Below the pieces are notes generated by a model. It was not told the origin of the DNA, ran no database searches, and saw nothing but the letters and a program-made list of their open reading frames with translations. 64,000 nt of DNA, from the NCBI GenBank assembly GCA_026985555.1, contig JALSQF010000010.1:26112-90111 (forward strand). The letters run 5' to 3'. The DNA comes from Candidatus Moraniibacteriota bacterium (GTDB taxonomy: Bacteria > Patescibacteriota > Minisyncoccia > Moranbacterales > UBA9337). The position numbers and the translations under genes are program-made. This document shows positions 48,992 through 58,760 of the stretch, one piece after another. Numbering within the stretch: position 1 is the first letter of the stretch; each line of letters starts with the position of its first letter.

Positions 48992-51697
48992 ATGAAGAAA
49001 GAAAAAAAAGAAAGAAAAAAAGATATTTTACTTATTTTGGATAGTAACGCTATTATTCATCGCGCTTATCATGCTCTACCACCATTAACTACAAAAAAAG
49101 GAGAGTTAGTCAATGCTGTTTATGGCTATCTTTTAACATTATTAAATGTTATTGAAAAATTTAAACCAACTTATTTAGTGGCTAGTTTTGATTTAGCAGG
49201 GCCCACTTTTCGGCATAAGGAATATAAAGAATATAAAGCTACACGAGTAAAGGCTCCTGATGAACTTTACGAACAGATAGATAAAGTAAAAAATGTTTTA
49301 AAAGCTTTTCAAATACCTATTTTTGAGAAGCAGGGTTTTGAAGCGGATGACGTAATTGGAACTATAGCCAAAAAGATAACTCAAAAAAATAAAAATATAG
49401 AAGTAATTATTGTAACTGGAGATTTAGATGCTTTGCAATTAGTGGATGATAATATTAAAGTGTATACAATGAGCCGAGGTATTAGTCAAGCAGTTTTATA
49501 TAATAAAGAAAAAGTTAGAGAAAGATATTCTTTAGAACCAGATCAACTCAAAGATTATAAAGGATTAAGAGGTGATGCTTCGGATAATATACCAGGAGTA
49601 AAGGGAGTAGGAGAAAAAACAGCCATTAAGCTTTTAAAGGAATTTGGTAGTTTAGAAAATGTTTTTGCTCATTTAAATGAAATTAAGGGAAGTTTAAAGG
49701 AAAAACTAGAAAAAGACAAAGCGCAAGCTTTATTATCTAAACAGCTAGGGATTATTAAAACTAATTTAAAATTAAAAATTGAATTAAAAAAACTTCTTTG
49801 GAAAAAAGATTTTGATAAAAATAAGATAATTAAAATTTTTCAAGAATTAAATTTTTTCAGTTTATTAAAACGTTTAAATAATTTCTTGCCTGACAAAAAT
49901 AAAAATTCTTTAAATTTGGATACAGAAAATAATCCTTCAATAGTAAGTGACTTTAAATATAAAATTTTAAAAGATGAAAATGATTTTAAAAAATTTACTC
50001 AGGAATTAAACCTTCAAAAAGAAGTAGCGATTTTTCAAAAAGATAATTATTGGGCTTTCTCTTGGAAAACTGGTAGAGCAACAATTTTTAAAGATTCTTT
50101 ATTAAAAAATGAAAAAAATTCTGAAGAGAATTTTAAAAAATGGCTAGCAAATTCGGAAAATAAAAAAATTTCTTTTGATTTTAAAAAACTTTATAAAAAA
50201 ATAAAAAGAGAAAATAAAATTATTTTAAAAGGAATTTATTTTGATTTAGAAATTGCTTATTATTTATTACACTCAGGCAAGAAAATAGAATGGGAGAGGA
50301 TAGTTTTAGAGGAACTAGGAGAAGAAATTTTAGAAGAAAAAGGTCAATTAGGATTTAATTTTGAAAACAATATTAAAAACAAAGAAGAAAAAATAGCGCA
50401 AAAAGTTATTAATTATTGGAAGCTAAAAAAAATATTAAGTAAAGAATTGAATTCTATAAAAAGTAATCAAAAAAATAAATTAGAAAAGCTTTTCTATAAT
50501 TTAGAAATTCCTTTAATTTCTGTTTTAGCCGAAATGGAATTGAAAGGAATTAAGACTAACCCTTTAGTTTTAAAGGGTATTAATGCAAAAATCTCTCAAA
50601 AAATAGAAAAACTAAAAACTCAAATTTATCAATTAGCCGGAGAAAAATTTAATCTAAATTCCCCTCAACAATTAAGGGTGATTCTTTTTGAAAAATTGAA
50701 ATTAGCTACGGATGATATTAAAAAGACAAAAACAGGATTTTCTACGGCTATTTCAGAATTAAGTAAATTAAAAGGGAAACATAAAATAATAGAAAAAATA
50801 GAAACATACCGAGAATTATTTAAACTAAAAACAACTTATTTAGACACTTTACCAGAATTGATTGAAAAAGACGGTAGAATTCATACAACTTTTAAACAAA
50901 CTACTACAGCTACGGGCAGACTAGCTTCAGAAAATCCTAATTTACAAAATATTCCCATTAAAACTGCTTTGGGTAAAATGATTAGAACAGCTTTTGTGGC
51001 TGAAAAAAATTATAAATTAGTATCTCTAGATTATTCTCAAATAGAGCTAAGAGTAGCCGCTCACTTAAGTGGCGATAAAAAACTAATTCAATTTTTTCAA
51101 GAAGGCAAAGATATTCATCAAGCTACCGCCGCGGAAGTTCACCATATATCTCTTTCTCAAGTAACTCAAGCGATGCGGAGATCGGCTAAGGCCTTAAATT
51201 TTGGAATAATTTACGGAATGAGTACTTATGGTTTTGCTCAATCGGCTAATATATCTCAAGAAGAAGCGCAAAAGTTCATACAAGAATATATGAAGAAATT
51301 TCCTCAAGTAGCCCAAATGATAAAAGAAATCAAAGAAGAAGCGCGTAAAAATGGCTATGTAGAAACAGAAACAGGAAGGAGACGTTATGTTCCAGAAATA
51401 AATTCTCCTAATTTTCAAGTTAGATCAAGCGCGGAAAGAATGGCTGTTAATATGCCTTTACAAGGATTAGCCGCTGATATTATGAAAATAGCTATGTTGC
51501 AAGTAGATAATTATTTAAAAAATATTTCTTCTGCTAATATAATTTTACAAATTCACGATGAATTAATTATAGAAATAAAAGAAAATTTAATAGAAAAAAA
51601 TATTCCCAAAATCAAAAAAATAATGGAGAATGCTTATCAATTAAAAGTGCCTTTAATTGTAGATGTTAGTCAAGGAGACAATTGGGGAGAGTTGTAA
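48992..51697 (+). CDS. polA: DNA polymerase I
   Basis: 5'-3' exonuclease/FEN domain at the N-terminus; pol motifs A (DYSQIELR), B (RRSAKALNFGIIYG) and C (QIHDELI). Confidence 0.9.
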   Translation: MKKEKKERKKDILLILDSNAIIHRAYHALPPLTTKKGELVNAVYGYLLTLLNVIEKFKPTYLVASFDLAGPTFRHKEYKEYKATRVKAPDELYEQIDKVKNVLKAFQIPIFEKQGFEADDVIGTIAKKITQKNKNIEVIIVTGDLDALQLVDDNIKVYTMSRGISQAVLYNKEKVRERYSLEPDQLKDYKGLRGDASDNIPGVKGVGEKTAIKLLKEFGSLENVFAHLNEIKGSLKEKLEKDKAQALLSKQLGIIKTNLKLKIELKKLLWKKDFDKNKIIKIFQELNFFSLLKRLNNFLPDKNKNSLNLDTENNPSIVSDFKYKILKDENDFKKFTQELNLQKEVAIFQKDNYWAFSWKTGRATIFKDSLLKNEKNSEENFKKWLANSENKKISFDFKKLYKKIKRENKIILKGIYFDLEIAYYLLHSGKKIEWERIVLEELGEEILEEKGQLGFNFENNIKNKEEKIAQKVINYWKLKKILSKELNSIKSNQKNKLEKLFYNLEIPLISVLAEMELKGIKTNPLVLKGINAKISQKIEKLKTQIYQLAGEKFNLNSPQQLRVILFEKLKLATDDIKKTKTGFSTAISELSKLKGKHKIIEKIETYRELFKLKTTYLDTLPELIEKDGRIHTTFKQTTTATGRLASENPNLQNIPIKTALGKMIRTAFVAEKNYKLVSLDYSQIELRVAAHLSGDKKLIQFFQEGKDIHQATAAEVHHISLSQVTQAMRRSAKALNFGIIYGMSTYGFAQSANISQEEAQKFIQEYMKKFPQVAQMIKEIKEEARKNGYVETETGRRRYVPEINSPNFQVRSSAERMAVNMPLQGLAADIMKIAMLQVDNYLKNISSANIILQIHDELIIEIKENLIEKNIPKIKKIMENAYQLKVPLIVDVSQGDNWGEL

Positions 51698-51765
51698 TTT
51701 ATAACTTAATTGTGGAGTTGATTTTTTTGTTGTAGTATAAAATTAAACATATTTAAATTAAAATT

Positions 51766-53835
51766 ATGCAATTAATAAAAAAACTTATAAAAACCAATGA
51801 CAAATATGATTTATCAGTTTTTAGTAAGGAAAGTGTAGATGAACTAGAAAAAAGAATTTATGAAAAAAATAATAAACTTTATTTTGATTGTTTAGTCAGA
51901 GAAAAATCAATCCAAGTAAAACCAGAAGAAATTGTAAGACAACTAATGATTGATAAACTTTTGAAAGAATATAATTATCCCAAAGAACTTTTACAAGTAG
52001 AGTATACAGTTACTTTTGGAAGAGAGAAAAAATCAGCTGATATTGTTATTTTGAATAAAAAAGATAAAACAAGTCCTTATATAATTGTTGAAGTTAAAAA
52101 AGCAAGTGCCAAAGATGGCAAAGAGCAATTAAAATCATATACAAATGCAACAGGCGCACCTCTTGCTGTATGGACTAATGGTCAAGAAATAAATATATAT
52201 GAAAGGCTTGACCCAAACTATTTTGAGCCACTTTCAGATTTACCAAAATATGAAGAAACTATTGAAGATGTAAAACAAGAAATTTTCACTTATCTTGATT
52301 TGATGGTGAAAGACAAGCTTGCAAATGAAAGAAAATCTTTAAAAGATTTGATTTTAGAGCTTGAAGATGAAGTTTTGGCAAATGCAGGTGTAGATATTTT
52401 TGAAGAAGTTTTTAAACTGATTTTCACAAAACTTTATGATGAAATGCAAAGTGCAGATGATAGAATTCAGATAGAAAGAGATTTTGTTAGACTAAAAAGA
52501 CAAAAGCCAGAGCTTACAGATAAAGAAATTTTGCAAGGATTATTAAAAGAAAACAAAAATAATGTAGAAGGATACAGAAAACTTGAATTTAGAAGTAGGG
52601 GAGATGCTCATCATACAAAAGAAGTGATAAATAAGCTTTTTGAAAAGGCAAAAAGAAAATGGCCGGGTATTTTTGATGATGGAGAACCTCTTAGAATTAC
52701 CGATGAAAATCACTTACAAATTTGTGTTGGTTATTTACAAAATGTAAAACTTTTTAACTCAAATTTGCAAGTAATTGATGAAGCATTTGAATATCTTGTA
52801 AATAAATCAGCAAAAGGTGATAAAGGTCAATATTTCACACCAAGAAATGTTATAGATATGGCTGTTTATATGATAAACCCGAAGCCAAATGAATATGTAA
52901 TAGATACAGCAGCCGGCAGTTGCGGTTTTACAGTGCATACACTATTTAATGTTTGGAATAAACTTAAAAATCAAGGAAAAGCAAATTTTCATAATTTTTC
53001 AAATCAGAGGTTAACTCCTGAACAAATAGAATATACAAGTAAAGTTTTTGGTATTGATTTTGATGAAAAAGCAGTAAGAGTAGCAAAAACTCTAAATATG
53101 ATTGCAGGAGACGGAAAAACAAATGTAATTCATCTAAACTCACTTGATTTCACAAGATGGAATGAAAAGATAAAAGATAGAGAGTGGATGAGAAAATATG
53201 GCGAGGGGTATTATAGGCTGCTTGATTTAGCAGTAAATAGAGATGAACCAAAAGAATTCAATTTTGATATAGTTTTGACTAATCCTCCTTTTGCGGGAGA
53301 TATAAAAGATAATAGACTTTTAGCTCAATATGAAATAGCATATAAAGAAAATGGAAAAAGAGTATCAAAACTTAGTAGAGATATTTTATTTATAGAAAGA
53401 AATCTAAATATGCTAAAACCTGGTGGTAGAATGGCAATAATTTTACCACAAGGTAGATTTAACAATACTTCAGATGAAAGAGTCAGAGAATATATAATGA
53501 GTAAAGCAAGACTTATTGCTGTAATAGGACTTCATGTTAATACTTTCAAACCACATACAGGAACAAAAACTTCTGTTTTGTTTGTGCAAAAATGGAATGA
53601 TGACCCAAACAAAGGTCCATTAAATCCTTATAAAGAAGATTATGAAGTTTTTATGGCAGTAAGCGAAAAACCAGGAAAAGATAATTCAGGGCAAGAAGTT
53701 TACAAAACAGATCCTGAAACGGGAGAAAGGTTGCTTGACGAGCATGGGCATTTAATACAAGATCATGATTTGGAAGAAATAGCAAAAGAGTTTGAGAAGT
53801 GGGCTAAGAAGGAAGGGTTGAGTTTTTGGAAATAA
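51766..53835 (+). CDS. Restriction-modification subunit: N-terminal PD-(D/E)xK nuclease-like domain fused to a gamma-class N6-adenine DNA methyltransferase (HsdM-like; Type IIB/BcgI-A-like architecture)
   Basis: N-terminal D92...E109-V-K111 (SADIVILNKKDKTSPYIIVEVKK), resembling the HsdR_N endonuclease fold. MTase motif I VIDTAAGSCGF and motif IV TNPPFAG. No hsdR in the window. Confidence 0.7.
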   Translation: MQLIKKLIKTNDKYDLSVFSKESVDELEKRIYEKNNKLYFDCLVREKSIQVKPEEIVRQLMIDKLLKEYNYPKELLQVEYTVTFGREKKSADIVILNKKDKTSPYIIVEVKKASAKDGKEQLKSYTNATGAPLAVWTNGQEINIYERLDPNYFEPLSDLPKYEETIEDVKQEIFTYLDLMVKDKLANERKSLKDLILELEDEVLANAGVDIFEEVFKLIFTKLYDEMQSADDRIQIERDFVRLKRQKPELTDKEILQGLLKENKNNVEGYRKLEFRSRGDAHHTKEVINKLFEKAKRKWPGIFDDGEPLRITDENHLQICVGYLQNVKLFNSNLQVIDEAFEYLVNKSAKGDKGQYFTPRNVIDMAVYMINPKPNEYVIDTAAGSCGFTVHTLFNVWNKLKNQGKANFHNFSNQRLTPEQIEYTSKVFGIDFDEKAVRVAKTLNMIAGDGKTNVIHLNSLDFTRWNEKIKDREWMRKYGEGYYRLLDLAVNRDEPKEFNFDIVLTNPPFAGDIKDNRLLAQYEIAYKENGKRVSKLSRDILFIERNLNMLKPGGRMAIILPQGRFNNTSDERVREYIMSKARLIAVIGLHVNTFKPHTGTKTSVLFVQKWNDDPNKGPLNPYKEDYEVFMAVSEKPGKDNSGQEVYKTDPETGERLLDEHGHLIQDHDLEEIAKEFEKWAKKEGLSFWK

Positions 53836-53856
53836 TTTATTTTTAATGGAGGAGAT

Positions 53857-56115
53857 ATGATTAAAAAAATTAAAAAAATAAAAAACCTTGGAATATTTAA
53901 TGAATTTAGATGGAATTCATCTATTTTAGAATTTAAAAGATATAATTTATTTTATGGATGGAATGCATCAGGAAAAACTACTTTGACTACTATTTTTGAG
54001 TCATTGAATTTAAATATTACGAAATATTTTAAAGATGCGGGATATGAGATAGAAACTAATAATGGTGATATTTATAAACAAAATGATATTTTTCCAACAA
54101 AAGTTAGAGTTTTTAATCAGCATTACATAGATGAAAATATACATATTTCTAATGGAAAAACAAAACCTATTTTTTTATTGGGTGAAGAAAGTAAAGAATT
54201 AAAAGAAAAAATAGATAATTGGGAAGATGAAAAAATCAAATTAAAAAATATAAAAATAGAATTAGAAAGAGTGAAAGAGCAAAAGGAAAAAGATATTAAT
54301 AATATTTTTACAAATACTGCTAGAATTATAGGTGAAAATTTATCTGGTTCATCAGTCAGAAATTATAGAAGAAATGATGCAAAAGATGATTTTGAAAAAT
54401 TAGCTCAGAAAGAACTATTGTCACAAGAAGATTTAGAAAAATATAAAAAGATAAAAGAACAAAAGAAAAAAGAAAAGATTGATGAAATAGTATTTACTTT
54501 AAGGCAAGACAAAATTTTAGAAGAAATAAAAAACATTTTAAAAAAATCTGTTAATTCTATTATAATAGCAAGACTAAAAAATAATCCAGATATTTCTGCT
54601 TGGGTTGAGAAAGGTATTGAAATTCATAAAAAACACAATTCTAAAACTTGTGAATTTTGTGGTCAAAGTTTACCAAATGGTTTAATAGAAAAACTTTTGC
54701 TTTATTTTAATGAAGAAGATAAAAAATTAAAGCAAATTATTGATGAAAAAATAAATTTTTTAAATAATAAATTTAATGAATTAAATAATTTAAACATACC
54801 TAAGAAAGTTGAATTATATGATGACTTGTATAATGATTTTGAAAGCAGATTAAGTTCCTTTAATAAAGAAAGGATAAATTTATCAAATGAGATTTCAGAA
54901 TTAATCAAACATTTACAAAACAAAAAATTTAAGACTAGTGAACCTATGAAAATTACATTTTATTTTAACAATTCATTTGAAGAAGCATTAAAAAATTTAA
55001 ATGAAATAATAAAAAAGCATAATAATAAAACAGAAAATTTACAAGAGCAAAAAGATGAGGCATTTAAAAAAATAAAAAACCATTATCTAAGTGAGATATG
55101 GGATAAGGTGAAAGAAAATGAAAGTAAAATTAGTGAAATAAACAATAATATAACTATCATTAATAATGGTGGTAGTTTTACTTATAAAGGTAAAAACATT
55201 GAAACAATTGAAACAATAGGGCTTTCAAAATTAAATAATGAAATTTTAGAGGCAAAGGCTAAAATATCTGATTTACATAAATCAGTTGATAAATTGAATA
55301 AGTATTTAGAAACATTTTTAGGTAGAAATGAAATAAAATTTAAGGTATCTGATGAGCAAGATGGATTTATAATATTAAGAAATAATGAGATTGTAAGCAA
55401 TTTGAGTGAAGGTGAAAAAACAGCAATTGCTTTTGTTTATTTTATAATTCATTTGCAAGATAAAGATTTTAATATAAACAATGGAATTGTAGTTGTAGAT
55501 GATCCTGTATCTAGTTTTGATTCAAGTTCTGTTTTTCAAGCCTTTGCATTTATGAGAGAAGCTGTTAAAGATGCAAAGCAAATCTTTATTTTTACTCATA
55601 ATTTTGATTTTTTTAAATTAACTTTAAATTGGTTTAAGAATTCAAGAAGAAATTGGAGTTGTTATCAAATTAAAAATAAAATGATTAAAGAAAAAGAGAA
55701 TACAAAAAGAATAGCTTATATAGATAAAATCGATCATTTTATTGAAAAATATACTACAGAATATGAATATTTGTTTAAGGTATTGTATGAATTTAATAAT
55801 TCAGACCCAAGTAATATAGAAGATGTTTATAATATACCAAACATTGGTAGAAAAGTTTTGGAAACATTTTTAACATTTAGAATTCCTACTTCAGAAAGTT
55901 TGTATCAAAAATTACAGAAAATAAATTTTGATGAAAATAAAAAGACCTCAATATACAAGTTTTTTAATGATTTATCACATTTGACAGGTAGTGGTTTTCA
56001 CCCATCATTGATACAAGAATCTAAGAAAAATGTAAAATATTTGTTAGAAATGATAAAAAGTTCTTTTAAGGAACATTATGATATTTTAGAAAATACTTTA
56101 TCTAACCAAAACTAA
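53857..56115 (+). CDS. RloC/PrrC-like ABC-type ATPase with a coiled-coil CxxC zinc-hook insert and a C-terminal R-x3-E...H module (putative anticodon nuclease)
   Basis: Walker A GWNASGKTT (residues 34-42), a long coiled-coil insert containing CEFC (residues 265-268), Walker B IVVVDDPVSSFD, and a C-terminal GRKVLETF...LSH. It sits between the MTase and S genes, and its stop is 2 nt before the hsdS start. Confidence 0.55.
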   Translation: MIKKIKKIKNLGIFNEFRWNSSILEFKRYNLFYGWNASGKTTLTTIFESLNLNITKYFKDAGYEIETNNGDIYKQNDIFPTKVRVFNQHYIDENIHISNGKTKPIFLLGEESKELKEKIDNWEDEKIKLKNIKIELERVKEQKEKDINNIFTNTARIIGENLSGSSVRNYRRNDAKDDFEKLAQKELLSQEDLEKYKKIKEQKKKEKIDEIVFTLRQDKILEEIKNILKKSVNSIIIARLKNNPDISAWVEKGIEIHKKHNSKTCEFCGQSLPNGLIEKLLLYFNEEDKKLKQIIDEKINFLNNKFNELNNLNIPKKVELYDDLYNDFESRLSSFNKERINLSNEISELIKHLQNKKFKTSEPMKITFYFNNSFEEALKNLNEIIKKHNNKTENLQEQKDEAFKKIKNHYLSEIWDKVKENESKISEINNNITIINNGGSFTYKGKNIETIETIGLSKLNNEILEAKAKISDLHKSVDKLNKYLETFLGRNEIKFKVSDEQDGFIILRNNEIVSNLSEGEKTAIAFVYFIIHLQDKDFNINNGIVVVDDPVSSFDSSSVFQAFAFMREAVKDAKQIFIFTHNFDFFKLTLNWFKNSRRNWSCYQIKNKMIKEKENTKRIAYIDKIDHFIEKYTTEYEYLFKVLYEFNNSDPSNIEDVYNIPNIGRKVLETFLTFRIPTSESLYQKLQKINFDENKKTSIYKFFNDLSHLTGSGFHPSLIQESKKNVKYLLEMIKSSFKEHYDILENTLSNQN

Positions 56116-56117
56116 CT

Positions 56118-57467
56118 ATGGCACAAATAAGCATAATAAACATAAAAAATATAATCCAAGCAAAAAGGTTTGATGCTGAGTATTTTAAACCGGAGTATTT
56201 GAAGGATGATTTTTATTTAGAAAATAAAGGCTTTTTCTTATTGTATGAAATTTCAAATGTTAAAGGGGGGAAAAGATTACCATTAGGAGAAAAGTTTTCA
56301 GAAAAAGGAGTTCCTTATATTAGGGCAGAAGATATAAAAAATGATTTTGTTGAATATGAAAATGTACCAAGAATTTCTTTACAATTACATGAAAAATTAA
56401 AAAAATATCAAACTAAAAAAGATGATATATTGTTAACTATTGTAGGTTCTGTTGGAGCTATTGGTATTGTAAATTTTAATTTAGAAAGATGCAATTTAAC
56501 AGAAAATGCAGCTAAAATAACTAATTTAGATTTTAATAAATATAAATCAGAAGTGATATTTTCTTTTTTGTTATCTAAATATGGTCAAAATCAAATAAAA
56601 AGAGAAAAAGTAGGAACAGTTCAAGAAAAATTATCATTAGATAGACTAAGAAAATTTAAAATTCCTCTTCTCCCTCAATCCTTCCAACTCCAAATAGAAA
56701 AAATAGTAAAAGAAGCTTATGAAAAACAATCTCTTTCAAAAGAACTTTACAAAGAGGCAGAACAGATTTTGCTTAAAGAATTGGATTTGAAAGATTTCAA
56801 ACCAAAACATAAATTGACTTTCACCACAACAAAAAAAGAAATAGAACAGGATAAAAGATTTGATGCAGAATATTTTCAGCCAAAATATGAAGAAATTATT
56901 GAGAAAATAAAAAGTTATAAGGGGGGATTTGATAAAGTTGGGGAAGTAGTAAATATAAAAGATAAAAATTTTACATCAAAAGATTATGTAAAATATAAAT
57001 ATGTTGCATTAGCTGATATTTCAAATGATGGATATATTCAAAGTTTTGAAGAAGATTTCGGTAAAAATTTACCTACAAGAGCAAGAAGACTTATAAATAA
57101 AGGAGATGTAATTATTTCTTCTATTGAAGGTTCTTTAAATTCTTGTGCTTTAATTGAAGAAGAATTTGATAATTCAATTTGTTCTACAGGTTTTTATGTT
57201 GTAAATTCTGAAAGAATAAATCCTGAGACATTATTAGTTTTAATGAAATTATATCCAATACAAAAACTGTTGAAAAAAGGGTGTAAAGGAACAATACTTA
57301 CTGCAATACCAAAAGATGAATTAGAAAAAATTGTTTTACCAATTATTGACAATCAAACCCAACAAAAAATTTCTCAAAAAATACAAGAGAGCTTTAAACT
57401 TAAAAAAGAGTTAAAAGAGCTTTTGGAAAAAGCCAAAAAAATGGTAGAAGAGGAAATAGAAAAATGA
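56118..57467 (+). CDS. hsdS: Restriction-modification specificity subunit (HsdS-like, two target-recognition domains)
   Basis: Duplicated conserved segments RFDAEYFKPEYL and RFDAEYFQPKYEEI separating two variable TRDs. Central and C-terminal conserved helices (LQIEKIVKEAYEKQ, ELKELLEKAKK). Confidence 0.8.
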   Translation: MAQISIINIKNIIQAKRFDAEYFKPEYLKDDFYLENKGFFLLYEISNVKGGKRLPLGEKFSEKGVPYIRAEDIKNDFVEYENVPRISLQLHEKLKKYQTKKDDILLTIVGSVGAIGIVNFNLERCNLTENAAKITNLDFNKYKSEVIFSFLLSKYGQNQIKREKVGTVQEKLSLDRLRKFKIPLLPQSFQLQIEKIVKEAYEKQSLSKELYKEAEQILLKELDLKDFKPKHKLTFTTTKKEIEQDKRFDAEYFQPKYEEIIEKIKSYKGGFDKVGEVVNIKDKNFTSKDYVKYKYVALADISNDGYIQSFEEDFGKNLPTRARRLINKGDVIISSIEGSLNSCALIEEEFDNSICSTGFYVVNSERINPETLLVLMKLYPIQKLLKKGCKGTILTAIPKDELEKIVLPIIDNQTQQKISQKIQESFKLKKELKELLEKAKKMVEEEIEK

Positions 57468-57570
57468 TTTCTTTTTTATATTAAAATTTCCAAACATTTT
57501 GTAAAAATCTTAAATTATGTTAGAGTTAATTAAAGTTAACGCAATTGAAAGATAAATTTAAAAACGACCA

Positions 57571-57598
57571 CATTAAAGGGGTCATTAAAGGGGTCATT
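57571..57598 (+). repeat. Tandem 12-bp repeat GGGGTCATTAAA (about 2.7 units), second locus
   Basis: ccacattaaaggggtcattaaaggggtcatt. Same unit and orientation as 10464-10499; 34 bp upstream of the AbrB-like ORF. Confidence 0.9.
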
Positions 57599-57631
57599 TT
57601 TTAATTTTAAATAATAAGCAATAATAAAACT

Positions 57632-57808
57632 ATGTCTAGAAGAAAATTAAAGGATAGAAATATCCGTGAACTATCTAAACGAAGCAATGGAACTTATGCT
57701 CTTACTTTACCCATTGAATTAATACGTGAATTAAAATGGAGAGATAAACAAAAATTAGTGGTGGAAAAAGCAGATAAAAAAATAATTATTAAAGATTGGA
57801 AAAAATAA
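57632..57808 (+). CDS. Small AbrB/MazE/SpoVT-type DNA-binding protein (58 aa; absent from the ORF track, probably below its length cutoff)
   Basis: MSRRKLKDRNIRELSKRSNGTYALTLPIELIRELKWRDKQKLVVEKADKKIIIKDWKK; this is a swapped-hairpin-like segment (TYALTLPIELIRELKW...KLVV). Confidence 0.5.
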   Translation: MSRRKLKDRNIRELSKRSNGTYALTLPIELIRELKWRDKQKLVVEKADKKIIIKDWKK

Positions 57809-57833
57809 ATAAATAATTTTAAAAATAAAAACC

Positions 57834-58742
57834 ATGCAAAAAATAATTGAATTTTTTCAAAAAATCGGTTTGTTGCGAATTAACTCCGGAGATTATTATA
57901 CCGGAGAATTTTCATCAAAAGTTAAAAAAAATAAGAACGAAGAAAAAGTTACCCCTAATCAATCTAATAAAAACAAGGATAAAAAAAAATCAAGTTTACC
58001 TTTAATTTTTTGGATAATAATTTATTTATTATTAGCTATTTCCTTTTTCTTGTCTATATTTTCTAGTTTTACAGCTGTAATTATTATCTTAATTATTTGG
58101 CTCTTTTTTATTTTTATTTTAAAAAGATTTTCGTTTAGTTTGCCAGTGGCTATAGTTAGTTTGGTTTTAGTTTTCTCTTTCTCCTTTTTTTATTTGATAT
58201 TTTTTACAAACAATCATCAAGATAATCAGCAGAAAAAAACTGTCAGTCAAAAAAACTTACCTCAATTAGAAATGGTTGTAATTAAATCTCCCGCTGTTAT
58301 TAATTGTGACAAAGAAAAAAGCATACTTGAAGTGAAAGCTAAGAATGTTGGTAAAAAAGCGTTAACTTTTAACGAATTTCAAAATCATCAATATGATTTT
58401 GAAATTTGCGATGGAGACAAGGAACATAAAAATGGTGGTCGTTCTTGTTTTTCGGCTTTAGGCGGTTATTTAAAGGTGAATGATTTTGGAATAATTAAAG
58501 AAGGGGAGAGTAAAATTATTCAATTAGTTACACCAACGGCAACTAAACCAGATAATGCTATTGCCAGTTTTTTAGATAAAACTAAAATCAACGGAAAATA
58601 CAAATATTATATCAGTTTTGTTAAAATGGAATCAGCCAAAAAGAAACCACTCATTAGTCAATCTAATCTTTTCACTGTGCAAACCAATATAATGAACGCT
58701 ACCAATGAATACATTAAAACTGATTGTTATAAGACAAATTAG
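57834..58742 (+). CDS. Membrane protein with 3 TM helices and a C-terminal extracytoplasmic domain, hypothetical
   Basis: A Cys-containing C-terminal domain (CDKEKS...CDGDKEH...RSCFSALGG) with no recognisable family. Confidence 0.4.
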   Translation: MQKIIEFFQKIGLLRINSGDYYTGEFSSKVKKNKNEEKVTPNQSNKNKDKKKSSLPLIFWIIIYLLLAISFFLSIFSSFTAVIIILIIWLFFIFILKRFSFSLPVAIVSLVLVFSFSFFYLIFFTNNHQDNQQKKTVSQKNLPQLEMVVIKSPAVINCDKEKSILEVKAKNVGKKALTFNEFQNHQYDFEICDGDKEHKNGGRSCFSALGGYLKVNDFGIIKEGESKIIQLVTPTATKPDNAIASFLDKTKINGKYKYYISFVKMESAKKKPLISQSNLFTVQTNIMNATNEYIKTDCYKTN

Positions 58743-58760
58743 TTCTTATAATTTTTTATT

